A DNA stretch of 36,549 nt from Candidatus Effluviviaceae Genus IV sp. (GCA_014728245.1 WJLY01000224.1:1-36549), one strand, 5' to 3'. Numbered from the stretch's first letter, positions 18,226 to 27,992 are shown. The notes: generated by a model from the sequence alone, not told the origin. Translations and numbers: made by a program.

Positions 18226-20985
18226 TTACCAGTCTATCGCTATACCCACTTTGATGAGACGACCCTCTCCGAAGACGGAAGGGTCTTGCAGAGGCTCGAG
18301 AACCTGGTTCTCACCCTGGGTCTCCAGATAGGCGCCGCCGAGGTTGCCCGTCTCGGTGTAGTACTCCGCGCCGTAGTAGCCGAGACGCCGGACGTTCTTC
18401 TTGTCGAACACGTTGAGCGCCTCGAAGAAGAGACGGAACTCCTGGCCGTACAGCTTGTACTTCTTCGTCCCCCTCAGGTTCAGGAGCTGGTGAGAGGGAA
18501 GCCTGCCCGAGTTGATCGTCTCCGGGGGAATGTCCTTCTGGCCGACGAATGTCGGAGTGTAGGGAGTACCGCTCCCGTAGTTGTAGTCGAAGGTCACCTC
18601 CCAGTTACCGGGATCGCTCACGAAGAGGAAACCGGTCACAGTATGGCGCTCATCCCAGTCGAGAGGGATCTCCTGCAGCGGCTGCTGCCAGCCCTCCGCC
18701 GCCGCCTGCGCGCCCTGGTTCGGGTCCGAGGACACCCCCGTGGCCTGCAGCCACGTGTAGGTCATGTTGCCCGAGAAGAAGTTCGAGAACCGCTTGGTCA
18801 GCTTGAACTCTATGCCCCGAACCGTGGCGTAGTCCTTGTTGACGTACAGGTACCACTCCGCCGTCGGGTCCTCCTCGGACGTATATGACTCGGTCGCAAG
18901 CAGGCCGAAGATGTCCTTGTAGAAACCGGTGACATCCATCGCCAGGTTCTGTGAGAACTGGTGCTCCGCGCCGAACTGGTACGAGACCGTCACCTCGGGC
19001 TCGAGCTCAGAGGACCCGATGATCCGTCCGACGGTGGCGCCCGTAAGCTCCTCGTTGGCCTCGTAGTACGCCGTCAGGTGAGGCATCTGATAGAAACGGC
19101 CGTAGTGGAAGTGCAGCGCGTCCCTGTCGGAGATCGGATGCGCGATGCCCAGCCTGGGAGAAAGAACCGCGCTGATCCGCTCCCTCCAGATCTGACGCTC
19201 TCCCACGCCGGACTTGGACCCCGGATCGGACCAGTCCAGCCTGAGCCCGGCGCGCACGATCATGCCCTCGTACCTCATCTTGTCCTGGAGGTACATTGCG
19301 CCGTGCGTCGGGAAGGCCTCGTAGATGTTGTGCTCGAACCTCTGATCGGTGTAGAGAGCCTCGTCCCAGTCGAAGAACTGGAACCCCTCCTCCTCGGCCT
19401 CGCCCTCGCTGGGAATGATGCTGCCGAGCGAGAGCTCGGTAACGTCGAGATGGTTGTAGACGAACTCGAGACCCGACTTGAGCTGGTGCGTGTCGTTGGG
19501 CTGATTGGTGACGTCCGCCTTGAAGGTGGTCGTCCTGGTGGTGCTCTCCGACCAGCCCAGATTGTCTCCCCACGTACGGTAGTAGCCGGGTTCCTGGTTC
19601 AGGTCGTTGTCGGAGTCGTGGTCGAGCGTGTTCTCGCGCCAGCCGCCCATGTACGGCTCCCACCAGTAGTCGTTCGGGTCTTCGTAGAGCCACCACTTCT
19701 CTTCCGACTCGAATTGCGCGAGCTTCAGCGTGTAGAACGTCGTCGGGCTGACGTTGTCTCTCCAGACGATCTTCTGCTGGGTGAAGCTGGTCCTCTGCGT
19801 CGGCGTGTGCTCCGCCGCGTTGTAGTACTGGTAGGTCGAGTCGAGACGGACGTGCGACCAGTCCTTGTACTCCGGCGACCAGTACCCCTCGCGCGAATAC
19901 GAGTGACTGTAGTTGTCCCTCACCGTCCGGGAATGCAGGAACTCGCCCGTGAGCTTCTGAGTCGGCGAAACGAAGTACGAGAGCTTCACCTGGCCCGAAC
20001 CCAGCATCGACTGGCGCTCCCGCGCATCGATGCTCAGAAGCTCGGTGTCGCCCACGGAGAGATCCCACGAGTGAATCGGCCTGTTCTCGTTGGTCCTCAG
20101 GTACGTGTCGCTGAAACGCCCCTCTCCCGACACGTAGTAACGCAGCTTGTCGGTGAAGAGCGGACCGCCCATGCCGAACGAGAGGTTGTCGTAGTTGTTA
20201 TAGGTCCGCTCGGGCGCGCCGTAGTCGTCGGTCATGTACTTCACTTCGCCCGAAAACTCGCGGCCTCCCTCCCTCGTCTGCAGGTTGATGACGCCCGACT
20301 GGACGTTCCCGTACTCGGCGTCGAACCCGCCTGACAGAAGCTCGAACTCGGAGAGCGATGAGAGGCTTACCTCGAGGTTCGACGTTCCGGTGGCCGCGTT
20401 GGTGACCGCCATGCCGTCGACGTACATCTTCACCTCGGAGGAACGACCGCCTCGGACGTGGATCTCGCCCTCGTGCAGAACGACGCCCGGCTGGGTCGCC
20501 ACCGCCTCCTGAACCGTGTTGATCGGGCGGACCTTCACCTCCTCCTCATCCATCCCTCGGCGGGTCGTCGTGTCCTCGGTCTCGATCATCGGCCTCTCGG
20601 CCTCGACGACGACCTCCTCGGCCACGATCGCCTCTTCCCTCAGGGCGAAGTCGACCTCTACGGTGCGGTCGGCCTCCACCACGACGTCCGTTATCTGTTG
20701 CTCGGCGTAGCTGATGAACGTCGCCTTCACAACGTATGTGCCGACCGGTACGAAGTCGATGGAGTAGTAACCCTGGGCGTTGGCCATCGCCCCGTAGGGA
20801 GTTCCCATCACAGTCACGTTGGTGTATCCGAGAGGCTCCCCGGTCGAAGCGTCGGTCACGCGACCCGCGATAGTCCCTGTGGCCTGGCCCATTGCGGGCG
20901 CGGCCGTCAGGAGAACCGCCAGAACGAGAAGCGAACCGAGTGCCACTGGGGCGCACTTCCGGGACTTCAGTCTCGGCGCATTCAT
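18226..20985 (-). CDS. TonB-dependent receptor with N-terminal carboxypeptidase-regulatory-like domain
   Basis: GTIAGRVTDASTGEPL N-domain, TonB-box-like EEVVVEA, plug (PGVV...HVRGGRSSE...VDG...SGGFDAEYG...SGVIN), SPRLG, LNVFD, terminal Trp. Confidence 0.92.
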   Translation of the reverse strand: MNAPRLKSRKCAPVALGSLLVLAVLLTAAPAMGQATGTIAGRVTDASTGEPLGYTNVTVMGTPYGAMANAQGYYSIDFVPVGTYVVKATFISYAEQQITDVVVEADRTVEVDFALREEAIVAEEVVVEAERPMIETEDTTTRRGMDEEEVKVRPINTVQEAVATQPGVVLHEGEIHVRGGRSSEVKMYVDGMAVTNAATGTSNLEVSLSSLSEFELLSGGFDAEYGNVQSGVINLQTREGGREFSGEVKYMTDDYGAPERTYNNYDNLSFGMGGPLFTDKLRYYVSGEGRFSDTYLRTNENRPIHSWDLSVGDTELLSIDARERQSMLGSGQVKLSYFVSPTQKLTGEFLHSRTVRDNYSHSYSREGYWSPEYKDWSHVRLDSTYQYYNAAEHTPTQRTSFTQQKIVWRDNVSPTTFYTLKLAQFESEEKWWLYEDPNDYWWEPYMGGWRENTLDHDSDNDLNQEPGYYRTWGDNLGWSESTTRTTTFKADVTNQPNDTHQLKSGLEFVYNHLDVTELSLGSIIPSEGEAEEEGFQFFDWDEALYTDQRFEHNIYEAFPTHGAMYLQDKMRYEGMIVRAGLRLDWSDPGSKSGVGERQIWRERISAVLSPRLGIAHPISDRDALHFHYGRFYQMPHLTAYYEANEELTGATVGRIIGSSELEPEVTVSYQFGAEHQFSQNLAMDVTGFYKDIFGLLATESYTSEEDPTAEWYLYVNKDYATVRGIEFKLTKRFSNFFSGNMTYTWLQATGVSSDPNQGAQAAAEGWQQPLQEIPLDWDERHTVTGFLFVSDPGNWEVTFDYNYGSGTPYTPTFVGQKDIPPETINSGRLPSHQLLNLRGTKKYKLYGQEFRLFFEALNVFDKKNVRRLGYYGAEYYTETGNLGGAYLETQGENQVLEPLQDPSVFGEGRLIKVGIAIDW

Positions 20986-21079
20986 AGTCTAAGTCTCCTC
21001 GGGGGTTGTCCGACGCAGAAATACATACAACATCGCCCGGGGGTCCGGACGAAGGACGATTCGTTCTCCTCTACTCTGC

Positions 21080-21108
21080 ATCCTACATCCCGACACATAG
21101 GCTGTCAA
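21080..21108 (-). promoter_or_regulatory. Sigma70-type promoter for the TonB-dependent receptor operon
   Basis: Minus strand TTGACA (21108-21103), 17-nt spacer, TAGGAT (21085-21080). Confidence 0.68.
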
Positions 21109-21130
21109 CTGGTTTTTACACACCGTAAGA

Positions 21131-21928
21131 TCAGACACAATAGTCACTTGCGATGCTCCGAGCGGCCTCTTCCTCTCCATCGCCCAGTTCGTCATGAACA
21201 AAAGCGATCCTCCACTCTCGTTCGAATCCCCGAGTCATGGCCTCCGCCACCTCGTCGAAACGCGGCCTGCGTCCAAGGAGGGTCTCGACGTCGGTCGTCG
21301 CCCTCTCCAGTGTCTCGCGAACACGCGCCCTCCGATCGTCCGGAATGCGCAGGAACTCGACGATCCGCGCGTGGGTTCCGTCCAGCAGCACCGAGCCGTG
21401 CTGGAGCACCGCGCCGGCAAGCCGCCGCTGGGCGCTGCCGACGAGCTTCCTGCCCCCGGCCAGGATCTCGTACCTGCCCGCGCTCGCGAAGCAGGGCGGG
21501 GCGGCCGCCTCGGGCCTCGGCCCGGACACCCCCCCGACCTTCTGAAGCTCCGCACGCACGCCGAGGGACTCCAGACCGGAGAGCAGGGCGCGGGAGACGG
21601 CCAGGTAGGTCTCCATGATCGTGCGGCCCAACGTCGCATCAGTTACTGAGCCGACAATCGAGTATGTCAGCTCGCCGGCGTGAAGCACGGCCCTCCCGCC
21701 GGTCGGCCGGCGCACGACGCCTATCCCGGCCCGCCTGCAGGCTTCAAGGTCCAGCTCGCGCTCCGGATCCTGGGAATGCCCGATCGATACGGTCGGGGGC
21801 CGCCAGCCGAAGACGCGAACCGTCGGCGGAGAGCCCTGGGACGCCACGCCTCTCAGGAGCACCTCGTCTATCGCCATGTTCAAGGGTCCCGCGCGGTGTC
21901 CGGTGTTGATTGCGCGCCAGGCACGCAT
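21131..21928 (-). CDS. Lipoate-protein ligase family protein, LipM-like octanoyltransferase
   Basis: Start reassigned to MRAWRAINTG. NMAIDEVLL, VSIG, RRPTGGRAVLH..ELTYS, CF...YE...GRKLVGSAQ...LQHGS; catalytic domain only. Confidence 0.88.
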   Translation of the reverse strand: MRAWRAINTGHRAGPLNMAIDEVLLRGVASQGSPPTVRVFGWRPPTVSIGHSQDPERELDLEACRRAGIGVVRRPTGGRAVLHAGELTYSIVGSVTDATLGRTIMETYLAVSRALLSGLESLGVRAELQKVGGVSGPRPEAAAPPCFASAGRYEILAGGRKLVGSAQRRLAGAVLQHGSVLLDGTHARIVEFLRIPDDRRARVRETLERATTDVETLLGRRPRFDEVAEAMTRGFEREWRIAFVHDELGDGEEEAARSIASDYCV

Positions 21929-22044
21929 CGTCCGTGTTCCTGCTTTCCGAGGGGGGAGATCGCGGCACGGGCGCCGGGAGAGCTGCGGCAGGGACCCGGT
22001 CCAGCCCGCCGCCGGAGAGCCGCGCCGTCCGTGCGAGCCGACGG

Positions 22045-22725
22045 CTACGGGATGATGTGCAGCCAGTCTGAAAGCAGGAACTGCATCCTGCCGATCAGGA
22101 GCGACACCCTTCCCATCACCGTGTAGCCGAACGACGCTCCGAAGGCCACCATCAGGAACCAGATGCCTAGCCTCGCGAACCCACCCAGCGCGCCCTTGTG
22201 CTCCTTCGAGAAGAAGAAGTAGGTCAACACGGCGAAGACGCCGATGATCGCGGACAGGTTCAGGATGATCGCTAACGGCCCTCCCTCGTTCAGGGGGGTC
22301 GTCATGGTCGCGTGGATCTGCCGCACGAAGTCGCCCTGCCCGAAGCCGGTGATGTTGATCGCGGAGTACATTCCGACGATGAACCCGAGCGACCAGCGGG
22401 AGAGCCAGGAGAGCTTCGGGAAGAACCGGAACAGCATGAAGATCGCGAGTATCCCGGGGAAGATCCTCAGCCACTGGACCGGGTCCTCTCCAGACATGAA
22501 GAGCGGCTCAATGAGCTTGGGGACGAGGGTCTCATGGTACAGGAGGCACAGCCAGTAGGCAGCGCCCAGGCCGACGAAGAGGCTCTCGCCGAACTTGTAG
22601 AGCGGGTTGTCCTTGTACAGGAAGCTGTAGATCGAGAGCGTGAGGATAGCCGCTACCCAGTAGCCCCATACGACCGATGCGGGCGTCCCGGGCGGACCAC
22701 TGAAGACGAGTTCCAACCAGCTCAT
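22045..22725 (-). CDS. Uncharacterised multi-pass membrane protein (cassette gene D, copy 2)
   Basis: LTLSIYSFLYKDNP and FLMVAFGASFGYTVM.R motifs shared with 25557..26402; about 6 TM helices. Confidence 0.85.
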   Translation of the reverse strand: MSWLELVFSGPPGTPASVVWGYWVAAILTLSIYSFLYKDNPLYKFGESLFVGLGAAYWLCLLYHETLVPKLIEPLFMSGEDPVQWLRIFPGILAIFMLFRFFPKLSWLSRWSLGFIVGMYSAINITGFGQGDFVRQIHATMTTPLNEGGPLAIILNLSAIIGVFAVLTYFFFSKEHKGALGGFARLGIWFLMVAFGASFGYTVMGRVSLLIGRMQFLLSDWLHIIP

Positions 22726-22735
22726 GCCACTCTCC

Positions 22736-23581
22736 CTACGCCGCTCTCTCCGAAGCCCTGCGCCGTCCGGAGATGAAGTACGCCAGGTTGCCGAGGAGTA
22801 TGAAGACGACGATCATGGCGTGCACGATCGACTGCGCGTCCATCCCGCTCGTGGCGTCGCCCGGCGCCCCGATCAGCGTCTCGTACTCCGCCGCTCCCTT
22901 GAGCCCGCCCAGCAGCCCCACGAGCTGCTTGCTCTGCACGTAGGGATAGAAGTTCGGCGCGCCCACCGCGGTCGTTCCCGAGCCAAGCGTCACCTGGAAG
23001 CGACTCTGCACCTGCTGGACCCACTCCCGCGTGCCGGGCGTCCCGGCGGAGACCTCCATCACCATCGCTATGTCGTCGAAGTTCCGCACATCCCGCATGA
23101 TCGGGAGTTCGCGCACCGGCGTGCCGCCGTAATCGGACGGGAACGTGTTGGGAATGCTCGCGCCCATACCCAGAAGCGTCACCGTACCGCCGGCCATGTA
23201 CCCGAGGTTGACGTAATCGACTCCGTAGTCCTTGCCGTACTCCTCTGCCAGCGGATTGAGCGCCGCCTCGACGAGCGGCGGCGATGCCGGCCACAGACAG
23301 GCGACGACCAGGCGGAGGTCCTTCTCGAAGGCGTGCCTGATGAACGTCTCCACCATCGGCTGCAGCTCCGGCATCGTGTCGGGGCTGTAGTCCCCGGCGA
23401 GCATCACGATCGAGCCCTCGGGAACCGCCTCCACGGCGTCGTAGATGCCCTGCACGGGCGGGGAAACGTCGATCGGCAGCCTCATCGGTTGTATGAGAGG
23501 CCACGCCACGGCCAGGAAGATCAGCGCGAAGATGATCCTGCGGTCGATCCTGCCGATGGCGGCGGTCTTCGACTTGGCCAT
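22736..23581 (-). CDS. Uncharacterised protein with two TM anchors around an alpha/beta domain (cassette gene C, copy 2)
   Basis: DRRIIF, DY.P.T.PEL.PM, YG.DYV.LG, GLLGG..GAAEYE, GMD.QS motifs shared with 26455..27297. Confidence 0.85.
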   Translation of the reverse strand: MAKSKTAAIGRIDRRIIFALIFLAVAWPLIQPMRLPIDVSPPVQGIYDAVEAVPEGSIVMLAGDYSPDTMPELQPMVETFIRHAFEKDLRLVVACLWPASPPLVEAALNPLAEEYGKDYGVDYVNLGYMAGGTVTLLGMGASIPNTFPSDYGGTPVRELPIMRDVRNFDDIAMVMEVSAGTPGTREWVQQVQSRFQVTLGSGTTAVGAPNFYPYVQSKQLVGLLGGLKGAAEYETLIGAPGDATSGMDAQSIVHAMIVVFILLGNLAYFISGRRRASERAA

Positions 23582-23595
23582 TGACCGGACTCCCC

Positions 23596-24240
23596 CTACT
23601 TCTCACCGCCGAGATACGAGCGCTCGATTCCGAGTATGATGCGGAGGCCCATTGCCATGACGCCCAGGGCTGCTCCCATGAGAATGCCGCGGAAGGCCGC
23701 CATATTCGGATAGCCCATGATCGTCTCCGTCAGCCACGGAAGTGTCGCCTTCTCCGGAAGGGTCCTCGTCATCCACTGGCCGATGGGGACACGCCCCAGC
23801 ATCACGATGATCGCCGCCACCAGCAGCAAGCCCGCCTCCGCCGACCGCAGCCTGAACGCCCTGTAGGCGGCCGACGCGATGAAGAAGGCCAGAAGCGAGA
23901 ACATCGTGGCCTGGAGCGGCACCTGCATGTTCATGAACATCCAGTTGAAGGGCGAGCCCTCCTCGATCGTACCCCACGGCCCACCGAAGCCGAACATCAC
24001 GGCCATCGCGATGAGGGTGACGATGCTGTATCCCCAACCCTCGCTCTTTCTGCGGATCTTATGGTAGTGGACACGCAGGAGATTGCCCCAGCCGAGCAGG
24101 ATCGACGCAGCAATGACGATCGTGCCCCACTGCTTCATCTCCTCGGCGAGGCCGGAGACCCTGTGATAGGGCACGAAGAAGTCGACCAGCATGAAGATGC
24201 CGATCAGGAAGGTGATTGCCAGCGGTATCTCTCGTCTCAT
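23596..24240 (-). CDS. Uncharacterised multi-pass membrane protein (cassette gene B, copy 2)
   Basis: ATMFSLLAFFIASAAYRAF, MLGRVP, PNMA..RGIL.G, GIER motifs shared with 27340..27969. Confidence 0.85.
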   Translation of the reverse strand: MRREIPLAITFLIGIFMLVDFFVPYHRVSGLAEEMKQWGTIVIAASILLGWGNLLRVHYHKIRRKSEGWGYSIVTLIAMAVMFGFGGPWGTIEEGSPFNWMFMNMQVPLQATMFSLLAFFIASAAYRAFRLRSAEAGLLLVAAIIVMLGRVPIGQWMTRTLPEKATLPWLTETIMGYPNMAAFRGILMGAALGVMAMGLRIILGIERSYLGGEK

Positions 24241-24253
24241 CTCCGGTCCTCAG

Positions 24254-25468
24254 CTACAGCGTTTCGAACCAACTCACAAACGCGTCCCAGCCCACCAGGT
24301 TGGCGACGACACCTGCGCCCATCAGCGCGATCGAAAGCGCCTTCATCCAGTCGGAGCCCTTGAGGCTGCCGAGGAGCTTCGGCTCCCTCGACAGGTAGGC
24401 GCTCGCCGCGTACAGCTCCTCGCCCATCAGAGTGAAGTCGCACGCAGTCACGAAAAACGGAAGCTGCGACACCATCGCCGTGCCGGCCACCTGTATGGCG
24501 CCGGCCTCGAAGCCGGTCTCGGCCAAAAGCAGCGACTCCGCCCAGAAGGCGCCCAAGTACAGGTTCGCCGCGGGCTTCTCCCTGAGCATGATGCCGTTCA
24601 CCGCCGCCGCGAAGGCGAACTGCGCGTCCGACAGGTAGCGGATGTTGTCCCGGTTGTACGCGTCCGGGTGGCCCGCCTCGGCGTAGGCCTCCTTGACGAC
24701 CTCCTCCGCCGCCGACATCACGACCGCCCTCGCGGTCGGGACGATGAGCGGCGTCTCGTAGCGGGCCGTGATCTTCGCCACGTGCGAGAGGATCGTCAGG
24801 CTCGCGATCGTCATGATGTTCTCTATCTCGCCGATGCCGGGAACGTACAGCACCGGCCTACCCATTTCGGTCGCCCTCCCCACCGCCTCCTCGATCGCGT
24901 TCAGTCCGGGTATGCGCCGCACGAAGAGCGACACGCCCTTCCGCGCGAGCCGGGTGAAGATGAGGACGAGAGCGAAGAACGTGGTCATGAGCACGAAGAC
25001 CGAGGTTCGCCTCGGTTGCCAGAAGCTCGCCCTCCCCCGGACGGGACCGGCCGTGGCCGGCTCAGACACATTGCCGGAGTCTATGGCGTACACCGAGTAG
25101 AAGTACGGTTCGCCGGGCTCCGCATCCCTGTCGACGTAGTAGTCCGTTCCGGCGGGGACGACGCCCACCGTATCGCCCGGGGCGCCGGCCGACTTCGATC
25201 TCATTATGACGTAGCTCAGCACGTCGGCTTCCCCCGCGCCGTCGTCCGCGGAGGGCGTCCATGAGAGCTGGATCTTGTTCCCGGAGTCATTGTCGCCTAT
25301 GTGGTCGCTTGCGGACGCCCGGGTGGGCGGCGCCGGCGGAACCGTATCAGCAGCGGCATCGGCGATCTCGAGAAGCTCCTCGACGTCGATGCCCGCGTCC
25401 TGCGCCGCCGCCATGCAGGTCGCCGCCGGAATAAGAAGCGTGGTGCAGAATGTAGTGAGGAGGTTCAT
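24254..25468 (-). CDS. Signal peptide + FN3 + TM + DUF6754-like domain protein (cassette gene A, copy 2)
   Basis: FN3-like (LSWTPS.DD...YVD...YFYSVYA), TM, RRIPGL..IEEAVGRATEMGRP, AESL.LAE, GEELYAASAYLS. DUF6754 assignment is from recall. Confidence 0.82.
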   Translation of the reverse strand: MNLLTTFCTTLLIPAATCMAAAQDAGIDVEELLEIADAAADTVPPAPPTRASASDHIGDNDSGNKIQLSWTPSADDGAGEADVLSYVIMRSKSAGAPGDTVGVVPAGTDYYVDRDAEPGEPYFYSVYAIDSGNVSEPATAGPVRGRASFWQPRRTSVFVLMTTFFALVLIFTRLARKGVSLFVRRIPGLNAIEEAVGRATEMGRPVLYVPGIGEIENIMTIASLTILSHVAKITARYETPLIVPTARAVVMSAAEEVVKEAYAEAGHPDAYNRDNIRYLSDAQFAFAAAVNGIMLREKPAANLYLGAFWAESLLLAETGFEAGAIQVAGTAMVSQLPFFVTACDFTLMGEELYAASAYLSREPKLLGSLKGSDWMKALSIALMGAGVVANLVGWDAFVSWFETL

Positions 25469-25556
25469 TGCCCGTCCGCGCTCCGGACTAGTTCATCGAA
25501 CCGGGGCCGACTCGCGCCTCGCGAGGTCGCAGAGCAGGCTCTGCCGCCCCGCCCCG

Positions 25557-26402
25557 TCAGTCCACGAGATGCAGCCAGTCGTGAAGAAGGAAGCCTACTC
25601 TGCCGATCAAGAGCGAAACGCGGGACATCACCGTGTATCCGAACGACGCCCCGAAACCAACCATCAGGAAGACGATGCCCACGCGGGCCAGCCCGCCCAG
25701 AAGTCCACGGTGCCGCATCGAGAAGAAGAAGTACGACAGAGTGCCCAGAAGACCGATCACGAGCAGCACGTTGGTCATCGTCACGACGCCCGCGCTGGTC
25801 AGAAGCGACAGCACGACGTAGCCGGCGTACGCTATCACCGCCGCGAGAACGACGGCGACGACGCGCAGGATCTTGTTCCCCGCTCCGATGCTGCGCTTCA
25901 CGACGAAGAGATAGGTCATGACGGCGAATATCACCACGCCGAGCGCCACGTTCGACATGTTCGCCATCGCCGCCGACTCATCCACGCCCGCCAGAGGAAG
26001 CCCGTTCGCGCCGAGCTGCCTGATCACGCGGGCCTGCATGACGGGCGATATCCCGAGTCCCGCGTATCCGCCGACGTATATTCCGAGCGGCCAGCGTCCC
26101 ACCCATGCGACCTTGGGGAAGAACCGCATGTAGAGAAGGAGCCCCAGGAGCCCCGGGACGAACGCCATCCACCACGCGCCGCTCAAAAAACCGATCGACT
26201 CGTCGCCGACTCTGAGAAGGAACACGGGAGCGACGACGTTCGGACTGATATAGTTCCAGTAGTAGATGACCAGATAGTAACCCGCGGAGACCCCGACGAC
26301 GAGATGCTCGGCGAACTTGTAGAACGGATTGTCCTTGTAGAGGAAGCTGTAGATGGACAGCGTCAGGATCGCCCCGATCGTTGTCCAGAAGAGCTCCGCC
26401 AT
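25557..26402 (-). CDS. Uncharacterised multi-pass membrane protein (cassette gene D, copy 1) with an extra TM hairpin
   Basis: Paralog of 22045..22725 with an insertion of about 60 aa. Confidence 0.85.
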   Translation of the reverse strand: MAELFWTTIGAILTLSIYSFLYKDNPFYKFAEHLVVGVSAGYYLVIYYWNYISPNVVAPVFLLRVGDESIGFLSGAWWMAFVPGLLGLLLYMRFFPKVAWVGRWPLGIYVGGYAGLGISPVMQARVIRQLGANGLPLAGVDESAAMANMSNVALGVVIFAVMTYLFVVKRSIGAGNKILRVVAVVLAAVIAYAGYVVLSLLTSAGVVTMTNVLLVIGLLGTLSYFFFSMRHRGLLGGLARVGIVFLMVGFGASFGYTVMSRVSLLIGRVGFLLHDWLHLVD

Positions 26403-26454
26403 CGATTCCTCCGCTCGATCTGCCTGAACTGCGGCCCGGCCGTCATCACCGGTC

Positions 26455-27297
26455 TCACGCAGTCTTCTTCTCGGATTTCCGCGTAGCGAAGTACGCCACG
26501 TTGCCGATCACGATGAGCAGGATGATCAGCATGTGGATGATCGACTGCGAGTCCATACCCCGCGTTCCCTGGTCCGGCTGCTCTATGAGCGCCTCGTATT
26601 CGGCCGCTCCACGCATACCGCCAAGGAGCCCCTCCAGCTGATCGGCGCCCAGATACGGATAGTAGTCCGTGGCCATGACGGCGGTCACGCCCGCGGCGAC
26701 CATCTGCCCGTAGGGCTCGTGGGCGTAGTAGATCCACGACTCGGCGTAGGCGGAGCCCGCCAAGGTTATCACAAGCGGGATGTCGTCGTAGTTGCGAACG
26801 CCGTCCATGACCGGAAGTCGGGTCAAGGCCGTTCCGTATGCGTCCTCGGGGAACGCGTTCCTTATGTTCACGCCCATGCTCAGGATGACCGCGGAGATCC
26901 CGGGCTGGAAGCCCAGGAAGACGTAGTCCTCGCCGTAGACGCGGTCGTACTCCTCGGCGGCCTGCAGGAGGGCCCGCTCGGCCAGCCCGTAGCCGGCCGG
27001 GTGAAGCGTGATGACGACGACATTGACGTCGTTCTCGAACGCGTGGCGCAGAAGCGCCAGCGTCATCGGTTCCAGTTCCGGAAGCGTCGCCGGCGCGTAG
27101 TCTACCGACAGCAGCAGCGGCTGCGAGTTTGCTGGCAGGCTGTCCATCTTCTCGTAGAGCCTCTGCACGGGAGAGGTCACCGTCACGGGCAGCCCCAGAG
27201 GCAAGATGAAAGGCACGACCACTGCGATGGCCACGAGCAGGAAGATCCACCTGCGGTCGACCCTGAGGATCTTGTCGAATATGGTGTTGCCTTCCAT
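26455..27297 (-). CDS. Uncharacterised protein with two TM anchors around an alpha/beta domain (cassette gene C, copy 1)
   Basis: Colinear paralog of 22736..23581; ATG 27297 after GGGAGAG. Confidence 0.85.
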   Translation of the reverse strand: MEGNTIFDKILRVDRRWIFLLVAIAVVVPFILPLGLPVTVTSPVQRLYEKMDSLPANSQPLLLSVDYAPATLPELEPMTLALLRHAFENDVNVVVITLHPAGYGLAERALLQAAEEYDRVYGEDYVFLGFQPGISAVILSMGVNIRNAFPEDAYGTALTRLPVMDGVRNYDDIPLVITLAGSAYAESWIYYAHEPYGQMVAAGVTAVMATDYYPYLGADQLEGLLGGMRGAAEYEALIEQPDQGTRGMDSQSIIHMLIILLIVIGNVAYFATRKSEKKTA

Positions 27298-27339
27298 CAA
27301 ACTCTCCCGAAGAGCGGGCCTGAGCGCCGCGCGGTCGAC

Positions 27340-27969
27340 CTAGTCGCGTCCGCCCATCCACGCCCGCTCGATACCGAGCACGATCTTGAGCGCCGTCGCC
27401 ATCATCCCTAATCCCACACCGATGAGTATCCCGCGCTTCGACGCCATGTTGGGCACCTCCAGGATCCACCGCGTCGCCACGGGTATCTGATCATGTATGA
27501 GTTCCCCAAGCGGCACGCGGCCCAGCATGACCACCGTCGCCGCCACGAGAAGCAGCGTGGCCTCGAGCGTCCTGGCCTTGAACGCGCGGAAGGCCGCGGA
27601 CGCGACGTAGAACGCCAGGAGCGAGAACATCGTCGCCTCGATCGGTACCTGAACGTTCTGGAACATCGCATCGAAGGGCGAGCCCGGGGAGTGGTGCGCC
27701 GGGTGGAAGAAACCCAGCCCGATCATTGCCGCAAGCCCGATGAGCGCGACGAAACTGTAGCCGCGGTCGTCCGCCCTGTTCCTGATCTTGTGATAGTGGA
27801 GCTTTATCAGACTGACAGTCCCCAGCAGGAACGCGAACGCCAGCAGAGTCATGAGCCACGAGAGCAACCGTTCCTGGAAGTCCTGCACGGCAGAGTGTGG
27901 GATGAAGTACTGGACCGCCGTGAAGACGCCGGCTATGAAGCAGAGCATGAGAGGGACCTGTCGGCGCAT
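27340..27969 (-). CDS. Uncharacterised multi-pass membrane protein (cassette gene B, copy 1)
   Basis: Colinear paralog of 23596..24240 (MRRQVPL vs MRREIPL; ATMFSLLAF; GIER). Confidence 0.85.
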   Translation of the reverse strand: MRRQVPLMLCFIAGVFTAVQYFIPHSAVQDFQERLLSWLMTLLAFAFLLGTVSLIKLHYHKIRNRADDRGYSFVALIGLAAMIGLGFFHPAHHSPGSPFDAMFQNVQVPIEATMFSLLAFYVASAAFRAFKARTLEATLLLVAATVVMLGRVPLGELIHDQIPVATRWILEVPNMASKRGILIGVGLGMMATALKIVLGIERAWMGGRD

Positions 27970-27992
27970 CTGCTCAATCCTCTATGCGAGAG

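Noticed and set aside
21929-22474. N-terminal extension making the lipoate ligase 447 aa
   Set aside because: It overlaps gene D in another frame and is low-complexity Arg-rich; the ligase motifs begin at MRAWR (21928).
25488-25496. ATG-AAC-TAG mini-ORF on the minus strand just upstream of gene A copy 2
   Set aside because: Too short to distinguish from chance; no supporting evidence.
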